Positions 27,439-42,027 of a stretch of DNA of 64,000 nucleotides are shown in pieces; position 1 is the first letter of the stretch; every line of letters starts with the position of its first letter. The translations under genes and the position numbers were made by a program. This DNA is from Octopus vulgaris. Its lineage: Eukaryota. The stretch lies in contig OX597826.1 of the NCBI GenBank assembly GCA_951406725.2, forward strand, positions 33,790,001 to 33,854,000, in the 5' to 3' direction. The notes beneath the pieces were generated by a model, which had not been told where the DNA came from, made no database searches, and saw only the letters and a program-made list of their open reading frames with translations.

Positions 27439-29361
27439 AATATATATATACATATATGACGGGCTTCTTTCAGTTTCCCTCTATCAAATCCACTCACAAG
27501 GCTTTGGTTGGCCCAAGGCCATAGCAGAAGGCACTTGCCCATGATCCTATGCAGTGGGACTGAACCTAGAACCATGTGGTTGGTAAGCAAGTTACTTACC
27601 ACACAATGTGTGTGTTTGAGTGTGTGTATGCATTATCCGTCAAAATAATTATTTTGAATTATTTGTATGTTTCTACACCACACCCCATAATGTATTGAAC
27701 TTGTTGCTTTAGGAGGTCTGCAAAAGAGATGAACCTAGCATTGCAAGATAATGACTTCACCTTATAAATAATTTAACTTGGCCATATCACTGTGTGAGTT
27801 CTGTGCCAAACCATAGTGCCTATTTATAGTGAAAAGTACTGATCTAGCAAAAAATAAATGAATTTAACATTTTATATCTAAAGGATTTTGTATCTGAATA
27901 TTTATAAGGTATTATTTTTAGCTTTATCTGCTTCAAGATTTTTCATTCCTAAAAAGAATTACTTCATGTTCTTGAAGTATCTAAATTACTATGACATTAA
28001 CCATTTAATCATCCAACCCATGCCAGCATGGAAGGCTGATGTTAAACGATGATGATGATTAACAACATACAATGCTTGCTGGTGAGAATAAAATTTCAAA
28101 AGTGGAGAAAGAATTTCAAAGGAATGCTTTGGTCCAATGGTAGAACCTCTGTCATGCGTACAAGAGATAGGGGTTTGGGTTACGTGACCAGCCTTTGATA
28201 TTCGTGCCCTAAAGGGATTTTTAGCCTAATATTTCCATGCTATTATCTATAGCCTTATCTGCTACAAGATTCACTGTTCCATGCAAAAGAATTAAAGTTC
28301 GTGTTTCTTTGATATTTTTTTATTGCTCTGTCATGCCATGGGCCATAGATGCTTGATGGAACTATAGGGGTGCTTTCATGAAATATAGAGAGTTTTGGGC
28401 ACTTTTAAATTTGGTGAAGACCATCTTTTTCTAGGTCCTACCAAATCTGATTTCTTCCAGAAACAGAAAGTAAGTGAGAGAGAGGGTGAGAGAGAGAGAG
28501 AGGTGAGTAGAATCTACCCCAGTACAAGACTTCATGCCTGGTATTTGATCTATCAACTTCAGATTGATGCAGTGCTAAGTTGGCTTTAGCTGGATTTGAA
28601 CTCAGAGCATGGAGAACTATAACAGTTACTACAGAAGTAACCTGTCTGCTCTCCTTGCAACTAATCTATTAACTGACCACTTTATGTCTTTCAGTACATA
28701 CTGTTAGACTTCAGAAGATAAACGAAGTTTTCAATTATTTAATGTGACAGTTTGAAGAAGAGATGTCAATTGTGTCAATTAGTGAATCGTAATTAGCGAA
28801 TTTAGTTGAATAAAGCCTCAGTTAAATGAAATGTATCTTTCTGCTGAATCAAGGTTTTGCTAATTTAGAATAATTTTATAATGAGCAACTTTCTTCTTAT
28901 AAAATCGTAAAGTTTTCATTGTGATTCATCACTGAATGTAATTCTGTTTTGTTAACCAATGTTACAAAATGGCACAAAAGAATCTATTTCTCTTAGATCC
29001 ACAACCTCGTTGTCTATACTTGTGGATGTGTAAAATTATCTGCTGCTCCTAACTATGTGAATATGGCCATCGACGAAAGGCAATATTAATTGTCTTACTA
29101 AACTTGAACTCTTCCAAGCTTTTAGCTCTTCAATTAAATATAGTCTTGACACATGGAACCAATATCAATTAAAGATTTTCAATGCAACAACTCCAAGTTT
29201 GACACTTATGTGACGTTCTATTTTTGGTTAAGAATTCTGCCATTTAAATGTCTCACCAATCTCTTAGAAAAGTTCTTTTACTATATTTACCATTAAAACG
29301 TTTTATTAAATGTAAGAAAATATAAGATTTTATAATTTTTCCTCATTATTATATATATGTA

Positions 29362-29456
<95 letters not shown>

Positions 29457-31120
29457 TTTCAATTTTTTCATTTTTATTAATTTTTATATAAGAAAGATTT
29501 TTTTCCTTTTCTTTTTCAGTTGATAATTGTATTTTGAAATTAAAGTAAAGTTACATGACTTGTTCTAAAACTAACTTTGTAAGTTTTCCTCCCCACCCAT
29601 CTTCGCTTCTTTCTCTATTTTGCTCTTTCTTTTTCTTTCTTTTCCTCAATGGACAGTCGTGATTTAGTCAATATTACAATACCAATGAATACAGCACAAT
29701 TTAGCATAATAAAAGGCAATGCAACCTAATGTAATATATCTCTCTCTCTCCCTCTCTCTCCCTCACCCCTCTTCTCTCTCCCTCTTTATCTTCCTCTCTC
29801 TTCCCCACACTCTCTCTCTCCACTTGTTAATAGACACATTTTTTTCTCAAACACACAATGTCCCAACTGTTTGAATTACAAACATTGTTGAACAAACAGA
29901 AATGTTATAAAGAGAAACATCAGCTGATTGCTATTGTAGACTATTTCCCTTCCAGCTTCTATCTATGGAAAAATAATCAACAACAGAATTGCTGTTTTGA
30001 TTTTTATATCCCACTTTGATAGATGGCGCTGTCGACCATTTGGAAATTTTATTTGTGTTTATTGAATTTGACTTAACCTAACACTGACAGCTTGAGGGTA
30101 TAATGCTTTTAATCTGATGGAAATAGTTGGACTGCAGCTAAAACAATCTGGAATTTTATCCCCTGTCCATAAGTATTTATTAGCCAGAAAAGAAAACAAA
30201 TGCAACTGAGACAAAATGAAAACAAAACAAAGCAATATGTGTAAGAAATATAATATATTGTCGATGCAAAACATGGAATAACAATTTAGTATTCCTGTTG
30301 CTAAAAGACCTTAAATGTTGTAACACAAATGAAGTTGATTGGATATATATATCAGAGTTTGTAAATACAGCCTACATAGATGCAGAGTCTATAACAGGTA
30401 ATTACACCAAGATATAATAGATACTGAGTGTCAATGTATGTTGATGGTGTATATAGACAAATTATTGACTGATATTAATCAAATGTGCTGGCAACACATT
30501 AAAAGCATTCATGCTAGTGCCATATAAAAAGCACACACACACTGGTACCATATTAAAAGCATCTGTGCTGGTGCCACATAAAACCGCCTGCTGTGCTAGC
30601 ACCATGTAAAAAGCTCCCAAGACGGCGTCACATAAAAAGCATGTAAAGTGGTTGACATTAGAAAGAGCATCTAGCCATAGACGCCATGCCAAAACAGACA
30701 ATTGGAGCCTGGTGTAGCTCTCCAGCTTGCCAGCTCCTGTCAAACTGTCCAAAATTAAATGATGATGAGGATAATGACGATGACGATGATGATAGGGTGT
30801 AGATATTGACTACATAGTGACTGCTATTTAGAAGTGTTGACTATATAGATTGCTATGTGTATATGTTGACTGGACTGATTTCATGTGTGGATGTTGATTG
30901 TGATTGTATAGAGGTTGCTATCTAGAGATGTTGGTGAGGTAGACAACCCTTAGATGTAACTAATTAAATCTAAGAGTGACCTGAAGCTATAGAAAAATGA
31001 CACAAGATGTCGCGCAGGGGAATCAAGACTGGGAGCTTAATATTGTGAAACTTACTTCTTAAACATTTGACCACACTATGCCAATAACATAATAATAATA
31101 ATGATAATAATAATAATAAT

Positions 31121-31373
31121 AAACAATTCCTATCATAGTAGGTGCATTAGGCATGATAAAAAAATATTCAGACAAATACATAACAGAAACACCAGGACTT
31201 ACAACATACAGAAAATTGCACTACTAGGCACTGCACAAATTCTACGCAGAACACTTTCAATACAGTAACCATTAGAGCATCACAACAAAACACAGCACAT
31301 ACCCAAGGCACACAGAGCTGTGCTCGGTAGTGAAGTGAAAGCACGATATAAAAAAAACAAAAAACTACTGAAT
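31121..31373 (+). mobile_element. R4/Dong-clade (restriction-like endonuclease) retrotransposon 3' fragment
   Basis: TIPIIVGALGMIKKYSDKYITETPGL..IQKIALLGTAQILRRTLSIQ*, then 3' UTR; flanked by (AAT)n, the known Dong target type. Confidence 0.8.
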
Positions 31374-31415
31374 GATAATGATGATGATAATAATAATAGT
31401 AGTAGTAGTAATAAT

Positions 31416-31481
<66 letters not shown>

Positions 31482-31489
31482 AATAATAA

Positions 31490-31636
31490 TATTAAAAAAT
31501 ACCTTAGGAATGAGAACCCAGGTTTGAAATTTCCCCAAGACACCTGATGAAGGATGGAGAGTATATCAGCTGAAACTTGTTAACAACAAACAAGATGAGG
31601 ACAAATATCCGTCAAATGTAAATAATGTAAATAATG
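31490..31636 (+). mobile_element. Forward arm only of the tRNA-head/HHR element (copy D), HHR at 31540-31580
   Basis: taccttaggaatgagaaccca..ACAC CTGATGA A GGATG..CAGCT GAAA..gtaaataatgtaaataatg. Confidence 0.85.
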
Positions 31637-31655
31637 CAAGTATACATATATGTAT

Positions 31656-31915
31656 GATAAAAACTTGTTATGTCTTAAACAATGCAAAGTGAAAGTAAAA
31701 AGTGAAAACAGACTAACAATTGAAGTTTTAGCTTGTACTTCTTTGATATTTTGAGGTTAGGACCCCCTGATCAGGGCTCATTCTGTTCGTATGTCCTGAG
31801 GGAAAGGTTATAACACTGAGACATCAAAGAAATACAAGTTAAGAAACTTTAACTGTTGTTCTGTTTTCACTTTTGTATTTCATTTTGCATTGTTTTGGCC
31901 TCAACAAGTTTTATC
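31656..31915. repeat. Fold-back/MITE-like element with long imperfect inverted repeats
   Basis: gataaaaacttgtt..aaacaatgcaaa..aaaagtgaaaacaga..cttgtacttctttgat versus atcaaagaaatacaag..tctgttttcactttt..tttgcattgttt..aacaagttttatc. Confidence 0.75.
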
Positions 31916-31986
31916 TCATCTAATATCACACAATGCTTCACCCAAAAAATGCTCTCTCTCTCTCTCTCTCCCTTTTCTGTGTATGT

Positions 31987-32032
<46 letters not shown>

Positions 32033-32108
32033 ACATATATATACATATATAAATATATACATATATAAACATATATATATATATGTATATATGCATACAT
32101 GCACACAT

Positions 32109-32371
32109 ATCATTAGGAAGGAATTACACAGTAAATATCGGCACACTAGTAATGATGTATTAAAAAGAATTAACAAAATAGGGTTACAAATCATTAGATT
32201 TAGCTATAGATGATAGAACCGAGCCATATGTCCCTAGAAAACCCTGGACTATGCTTAAGGACCATAAACCTAACTTTCTTATTGACCCCTCAGTCAGATT
32301 GATTTGTCCTTCTAAATCCTATATAGGCATTATTAAAAAAAAATCATTGATAGGGTAATACTCACCCTTAA

Positions 32372-32372
<1 letters not shown>
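32109..32372 (+). pseudogene. PLE reverse-transcriptase N-terminal fragment from a different PLE lineage
   Basis: [43 protein letters not shown] matches the LKDHK.NF...P..RLI.P.KS.IG motif of invertebrate PLE RTs. Confidence 0.75.
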
Positions 32373-32410
<38 letters not shown>

Positions 32411-35400
32411 CATATATATACACATATATATATATACATATATATGCATATATATACATATATATACATATATACACATACATACATATATACACATACA
32501 CACACATGCACACACACACACACGCATATATATAATTATGGAATGGAGTAGATAAAATCCAGGCTACATGTGTTTCATAGCTAGAAGAACTTTGGAAGTA
32601 GTAATTACCCAAACGAGGGGTCATTCTCTAGCTGTTAATTGGGCCTAAGATACCTTAATCAGGTGAAGGCTACATTGTTGTCAAAGGGGTCCCATGTTAA
32701 GTCGCAGGAGATTTGGTCAATGTGTATGTGTGTGTGTTTTCATATGCATGAATAGAAATATATAAACATACATATATATCCATGTGTCTGTGTGTGGGAT
32801 TGTATTCATAAACATACCTCATACCCCATGCTAACATACATACATACATGTATACATTCATATATATATATATTATACACACATACATATATTTGTATAT
32901 TTTACACACATAACACAACTCATGTTAGTATGAAAAATGGTCTTTAAATGATAATGTTGATTATGATATACCCATACATACAAATATACATATATATGTG
33001 TAAGTGTATATATGTATGTGTATATATATCTACATATATATGTAACTTTCTCTCTCTCACTAAATATGTGTGTATATTCACACACACATGCACATACACA
33101 CAGAGAAAGAGAGAATGGTTGGAAGAGAATGAGAGAAATTCGTTGATATATGATAGATATTTGCATAAACAATGGAGGATTTGTTAACAGTTTTACTTAT
33201 GCATTTCCATTTTAAATACAAACAACAGTGCAATTGCAACTGGAAAAATTTGGAAGGAAATAATTGCGAAAGGTCAGAGATTTTAAAGTTGCATTTATCA
33301 TTAGTGAAAATCAATAGGGTTCTAATACCCAGCAGCTGAAATGAATGTCAAGAGAAAAACATCATTCTATAAGAAATAACCAATTCTGATAGGTGCCTTA
33401 TTTTTCTATTTAGTGATGTGAAGTAAGACAGACAAGTTAGATTCATTTATTTCGATAATTGATGCAAATGTATTGCTATTGCGATAGTAATAATGGAAAT
33501 GAGATATCAAGTTAAGCAGCGATGAAGTTTTGGAGAGAAACTTTCAAGGCTAGAGAGCTGGTCATTACATATGCATACGTCTATTTAGATGAGTTTTCAG
33601 CAAGCATTTCTTGTGTGTTTGTGTGTGTGTGTGTGTGTGCTTGCAAGACTTTATACAGCACTTGTGAAATACAGTATGTTACTTAAGTTTCGTATAAGCC
33701 TGTGAATTATACATTGATGGAGTTCAAACAATGCAGATGATTTCTGGTGATCTGTTTCATATATTTCACTGTAAACATATATTCTTTTCTTTTATTCTTT
33801 TATGCATTTCAGCCAAAAGGCTGTGGCCATGCTAGGGCACTGCTAGCATTATCACCTCTTCAATTACCATTCTTATGAAATTAGCTTTTCATGAAGGAAT
33901 TTTTTTGTATGTCAGTACCGCCTAACTGGCTTTCATGCCAGTGGTACATAAAAGCACCCACTACACTCTCAGAGTGGTTGGCATTAGGAAGGGCATCCAG
34001 CTGTAGAAACTCTGCCAGATCAGATTGGAGTCTGGTGCAGCCATCTGGTTCGCCAGACCTCAGTCAAATCGTCCAACCCATGCTAGCATGGAAAGCGGAC
34101 GTTAAACGATGATGATGAATGAGTGGACCCTTGTACTTCTATTTTTTATAAGTCTGGTACTTATTCTATCGATCTCTAAATGCAGGATTGCTAAGTTAGA
34201 GGGACATAAACACACCAGTATCAGTTGTCAAGCAGTGATCAGGGATAAACACAGACACAAAAATACACACACACACACGACAGGCTTCTTTCAGTTTCCG
34301 TCTGCCAGACCCACTCACAAGGCTTTGCTCAGCCCTTTGTTATAGTAGAAGACACTTGCCCAAGGTGCCACTTAATGGGATCGAACTCAGAACCATGTGA
34401 TTGGGAAGCAAGCTTCTTACTGCACAGCCACGTCTGCACCTATCCTTTATAAAAATGTTAAAAAGAATGATCCTGCAGGCATTAAATGGCTTCACATTCA
34501 CTGATGGAGTGTTAACAGGTTGAGAGACTTGTTTCATTGATCCCTTTCTGTTCTATGTGCAGAGTGACAAACCTTTGGTGTAAATATTTCCTTTTCATAG
34601 CCAGAGTGTGATTAAAAGTCAGTTTGCTAATGGCTTAAATCATACAGACATGCACATATACACACATAGGACACACGTAGATATATACATACATGCACAC
34701 AAACACACACACACGCATATAATTTAGCTCTGTACAATATCAGGGAAAGATATCAAAGCAAGGTGACTGTCATATAAAGGAAGCATATATGCATAAAAAC
34801 CCCCACACACAAATACACACATACGTACTCACTCATATACATACACATATAAACATACATAGACATACATACACTCATTTATTTACATCCACGTACATGC
34901 ACGGCTGCTGAGTTCTTTGTATCCGTTTTGCCTGATGAAAAGCACTCAATGTATTTGACGGATGAGTTTGACGTTTAAGGCTTGTAATTTATTATTTAAG
35001 TTTTGAATCTAAATTATCGGAGTTTATTCTTGCAGAGGTGTCAACTCTTAGACATTATGAGGAAATTCATGACAACGTAAACAAGTTCACTTGCACTCAT
35101 CTGACAATCAGGGGTCAGTTCCAGATCCTTAAGAATGAAATGTTTCTACATATACAGTATAAGTCAACAAATTTGCACACACACACACACAGACGCACCA
35201 CACACACACATACACACGCGTGTGCGTGACTCATTTATATACGTATACATTCATATCTTTTAGCTTATAAGTGTTTCATTCAGGAGACTGCGGTCATACT
35301 GGGGCACTGCCTTGAATAAGTTTAGTTTAATCAATCAACTTCAGTACTTCATTTTTTTAAAATTTGGTAATTACCATACAACTCCCTTTTGGTGAACAAA

Positions 35401-36318
35401 TCTAAACACACCAATATCGGTTGTCAAGTGGTGGTGGTGGTGGTGGTGGTGGTAGTGGTGGTGATCGTGGATGGGGCAAACACAGACACAACTGCATCTA
35501 TATATATCATCATCATCATTGTCATCATCATCGTTTAACATCTGTTTTCCATGTGGGTTTGGACAGTTTGACTGAGGTCTGGAGGGCCAGCAGCTGCACC
35601 AGGCTCCAGTCTGATCTGGCAATGTTTCTACAGCTGGATGCCCTTCCTAATGCCAACCACTCCGAAAGTGTAGCGGGTGCCTTTTACATGCCACCGGTAC
35701 AGGAGCCAGGATACATACATACATATATGTATACACACACACACACATATGTGTGTGTGTATATATATGTATATATATATATATAAACATGTTTGCATGG
35801 ATAGGACAGTTCACAGGAACAGGCCAGGTAGAAAAACTTCCCTATGCTACTGTGTCTGTTTTGGCAGGGTTTTCATACAACTGGATAAGCTTCCTAACAC
35901 CAACCACTCCACAGAGTGGACACAGTGCTTTTTACGTGGCATTAGCACAGGTGAGATTAATTAAGATGAGGACATTATTTTTACAGCTGGATGCCCTTCC
36001 AACTGCCAACCACTCTATAGTGTGGACTGGATGCATTTTATGCGGCACAAGTACTGGCAGGGTCACCAAGTAACTCGCAAGACAAGGAATCATGAGAAGG
36101 GCAGGGGCATTTGAGGAGGGCAACTCGTGCCAGAAGATGAAAGGCTAGAAGGTGAAAAATATATATATATACTTTTAATTAATAAAACCCCAAAACACAA
36201 AACCATGTGAAATTAACCTATCTAGGGTGTCTTGGGCAGAATATTAAATTTATTTCACCTACTGTGAGGTTAGAACTTTGCTTCCCAACCACATTGTTCT
36301 GACTTCAGTCATATATAT

Positions 36319-36526
36319 GTGACCGTGTGGGTATCATTGGCGATTTTTTTTCCTCCGTCTTCCCTTCCTTGGATCTTTCCTTTTCCTATGTTTTTGACAA
36401 AGAGCTCTGCTCAAAACGTTAAATCCTCCTTTTTTCTTTCCTTTCCTGAGCATCCAATAACACTATACTTGTTCCACGTCCTCGCGTTGATGTGTTTTCT
36501 TTTTATGTTTTCATGTTTGGATTAAC
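36319..36526 (+). mobile_element. About 205-bp non-autonomous HHR-bearing repeat (family 2); CpG-decayed HHR at 36390-36424
   Basis: Homologous to the reverse complement of 59133-59336; GTTT-TTGACAA-A-GAGC TCT GCTC-AAAA-CG-TT-AAAT. Confidence 0.75.
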
Positions 36527-36533
36527 TGTATAC

Positions 36534-36589
<56 letters not shown>

Positions 36590-36949
36590 GGTAAAAAACA
36601 CAACAAACGGAAATCATCAAAAGATAACAAGCAGGAAAAAGGACAATAGCACAACCACAGCAAACAGGATAAAAACAAGATACACGGATCATTCGCAGTC
36701 AATTGTTTCTTCAGTCGGAGTCTGGAGTGTCCACGTAAATCTACCCAATCCTCTCCGATACTACTCGAAACCAATTGGATCAAGAGCTTAAGCTGAAGGC
36801 ATTAAACCCCTGAGCAAGGCAAATGAATGTACATATGCAAACACAAGGAAAAAGGAAATGGGAAAAAATCTTAACTGGCCAGGTGGCGAAACAGAACAGA
36901 AGTAACTGAGCTGAAAGGTGGTCAGCCCAAAAAGTATGACAATGCATAA

Positions 36950-38125
<1,176 letters not shown>

Positions 38126-38486
38126 ATTAGTCCACTCTGCTGGGTAGTTGTTGTTAGGAAGGGCATACAGCTATAAAAATCCTGCTAAAGCAGCCACAGA
38201 AGTTTGGCACAGGCTTGTGCCTGGCTGGCTCCGGTCAAACCATTCCACCCATGCCAGTATGGAAGGCAGACGTTAAATGATAATGATGATGATACACACA
38301 CTGTCATAGAATATAGCACATTTTTGATATTCTAAACCTTTCCTTAGACAAATAAAAACTCAGAAACAGAATGAATACTGCAAAGCATTCTAACACTGTG
38401 ATGACTCTCACAATTTGCTGACTCAGTGTGTGTTTGTGTTTGCATGTGTGTGTGCATACATATAGAGAAAAATATATACACACACT

Positions 38487-38565
<79 letters not shown>

Positions 38566-39921
38566 TTATATGTATATATATAGTCCCACCCATTCTAGCA
38601 TGGAACACGGACGTTAAATGATGATGATGTATGTATGTATGATGATGTATGTATGATGATGACGTATATATATATATATATATGCATTTACACAGATACA
38701 TATATACATACATAATACATACATACATACATTTATATATACATGCACACACACCCATATATATATATATATTTATACACCCATGCATGCAAAAACATAT
38801 ATATATATATGTATGTGTGTGTGTGTGTATACATGTATGTGTTTGCATGTATGTCTAGTGTGCTGAAATACTGCAGAGAAGAAGCCATTGCTGTGCAATG
38901 GAGATTGCCATCATCAGTTGCTTCTAGAACATGCAGACTGATTAAGATATGCGTTTAATCCATGGATCCTAACTCTTTATTTAATATCTTCCATTAGAAA
39001 GGATTCCTCTCCTTATTTCTTTCCCCTCTCTCTGCTCTCTCTCTCTTTCTTTTTTCTTTTTTTTTTCTTTCTTTCTTTCTTTCTTTCTTTTTCTCTCTTA
39101 ATACAAACACACGGATATCAATAACAACAGAACCAAAAACACATTTATATACACACATTTATATACACACACGTGTATTTTTCACTCCAGGATGTAAAAA
39201 TCAATATGTGTATGTACATGCATCATACACACACTATAGATGTGTATTGCACGTAAGAATATACATACATGCACACACATATACGTACATAAATGCACAT
39301 ATACATATGTACAGGCACACATAAACACACATGATGAATATACATAGATACACAGATAAATACAAAAACATACATACACATACACACACATTTACATATG
39401 TACACACAAACAAACAAACATGCACGCATACATTTATGCGTACATAAACACATATAATGCATATACATACATAGGTACTCAGATAACTACATACATACAC
39501 ATGCACACACATACACACATGTATGTACATTAGCTCATATGTACACAAACACATGTGTTTATATTCATATACACACATATATACGTACATACAAACACAC
39601 TTTACATTCACACATATATCCATCCATTCACACACACACACACACGCACACACACACACAGGGCTAGCCAAAATCATTATAAATCTTTTAATTAATATGT
39701 TACTCAATCAAAATTCTTCATTTATTATTCATGTTTGTGTCAAAAGTTACATATATCAGGATTTACAAGATTTTCCTGTTTCTTTGAGTTAAGATGGATT
39801 AGGATATAATTTTGGTAATCAATCTTTGTTTCTGCAATGCTGGTTGGAAATTCAGACAGCTGGCAGAATTGTCTGGGCATTAGAAGCTGTGTGGTTAAGA
39901 AACTTACATAATAACCAAATA

Positions 39922-40207
39922 CAGTTCTATATTTAAGAGATGAGGAATTATGTACATTATTTACATTATTTACATTTGACGGATATTTGGCCTCATCTTG
40001 TTTGTTGTTAACACAACGTTTCAGCTGATATACCCTCCAGCCTTCATCAGGTGCTTTGGGGAAATTTCGAACCTGGGTTCTCATTCCTAAGGTATTTTTC
40101 GATGTTATTATTATTACTACTATGCCATATACCCATGGGCATATGGCATAGTGGTTAAGAGCGCAGGCTACCAACCCCAAGATTCCGAATTCAATTCCCA
40201 GCAGTGA

Positions 40208-40266
<59 letters not shown>

Positions 40267-40428
40267 GCAACAACAACATCGAAAACTACCTTAGGAATGA
40301 AAACCCAGGTTTGAAATTTCCCCAAGACACCTGATGGAAGCTGGAGGGTATATCAGCCAAAACATTGTGTTAACAACAAACAAGATGAGGACAAATATCC
40401 GTCAAATGTAAATAATGTAAATAATGAA
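39922..40428 (+). mobile_element. Palindromic tRNA-head/hammerhead element, copy B (most complete), nested in another SINE
   Basis: Inverted arm from CAGTTCTATATTT; central palindrome 40119-40152; tRNA-like head 40137-40211; (AAT)n; forward arm; 12-bp TSD aataacc(a/g)aata at 39910-39921 and 40429-40440. Confidence 0.92.
40011..40054 (-). ncRNA. Minimal hammerhead ribozyme with intact core; mutated partner at 40327-40370 (+)
   Basis: Minus strand: GCAC-CTGATGA-A-GGCTG GAGGGTATAT CAGCT-GAAA-CG-TT-GTGT; palindromic AACGTT replaces stem III. Confidence 0.85.
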
Positions 40429-40556
40429 AATAACCGAATAGTTTGGGGTTCAATTCCATGGCACAACACATTTGGCAAATACTTTCTACTATAGCCTTCA
40501 GCTAACCAATGCCTTGTGAGCAAATTTGGTTGAAAGAAACTTTGTAGAAAAACACT

Positions 40557-40610
<54 letters not shown>

Positions 40611-41982
40611 GGCTGAGGGGTATCCAGGATTTTTTGGGGTGTTGCCCAAAAGTTTTTAAAAAATACTGTATAAGGTGGTAACTGCAGTTTGTAACAAATG
40701 GATGCATTTTTACGTATTCTAGCTTTGTTGTAGCAGACAATTATGAAATGGTAATGCAGTGAAACTGATCTAGCAAGGTTTCTTAGATTGGACCCTGGCT
40801 TGCCAGTCCTCAGTCAAACCATCCAACAAATGCCAGGATACGTTAAATGATGATGATGACGTCGATGATGATGATGGGGATGATAATGCTGATGATGATA
40901 TATATATATATATATATACATATGGCAAGAAGAAAATGGAGGGGATCCAGAAGTAGTATACATCAACTGTTAGACATTATATTATGACTAATTATATATT
41001 TTAAACAATTCTGAGAATATATATACATGTGTAAATATTGTGTTTTACATATAAAGTACCAATAATTTCTAGAATAGGGAAAGAAGAGCAGTTTTTTACA
41101 GCTGTTTCTGTCAAGAGATCACAGTAATTGCCACGCAATAACCAACACTTGTGAATTAATAATTGGGTATTCTACCAGCAGTATATTGGATAGATACTAT
41201 CCCTTAGTTGGTTGGATTCATACCCTCTAACTCTTTTGAAATTATATATATATACATACACACACACACACACATGATGCAATCTCCTGCTGAAGATGAC
41301 GTATGAGTGTTCAGCTTTTACCGATCAACCTGCACAAATGCATTGTTTATGGGGATGAAATCCATTAGTTCACTCCTTTCATCAAATCGATGTTACCTGA
41401 ACAGGTGCACGGTGTACAAAACATCAGGTGTTGAAGTGATATGGCAGAGCAAGGTGAGAAGAATTGTTTTGAACAAGAACACAACACACCACTCAGTCCA
41501 GGAATTGAAATTATGATTGTGGTTGGGTTTGTTTGTTTGTTTGTTGAGTGAAGTGGCCTTCGTCCCAGAGTGGGGGAAGTCTGAAATGTGGTTCTTTGCT
41601 ATTCATAAGACCCGCAGAAGAGAAAGCAGATCAACCCTCGACACCGAGAGCATCGACGGATGGATGAATGTGCATCCAGGCTCAGTGATTACATTGGAAG
41701 TTGGGGATAAGAAACAGGAAGAAAGAGTGGTTGTGTGTGTGCAGCACCCTAACTGCTAGGCCCATGTAGCACCCTAACTGCTGGGTACCAGGAGCGTATA
41801 TTCTGTGCTTGCCAGGTGTGCACTGCACACCCATTGAAAATAGCAAAATCATTATAAACATTAACCTTATTCCTTAATTGAATTACAAATCTTAATGGAA
41901 AACTTTCGTTATACCCCTGCTTGACATTTGGGGGTGACAGCACCCCCAATACAACAACCATTGTACACTACTACTGATATGA

Positions 41983-42027
<45 letters not shown>

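Noticed and set aside
35037-35076. Possible micro-exon after acceptor-like ttcttgcag
   Set aside because: Weak donor (gtaaac), no recognisable peptide and no partner exons; unsupported without RNA-seq.
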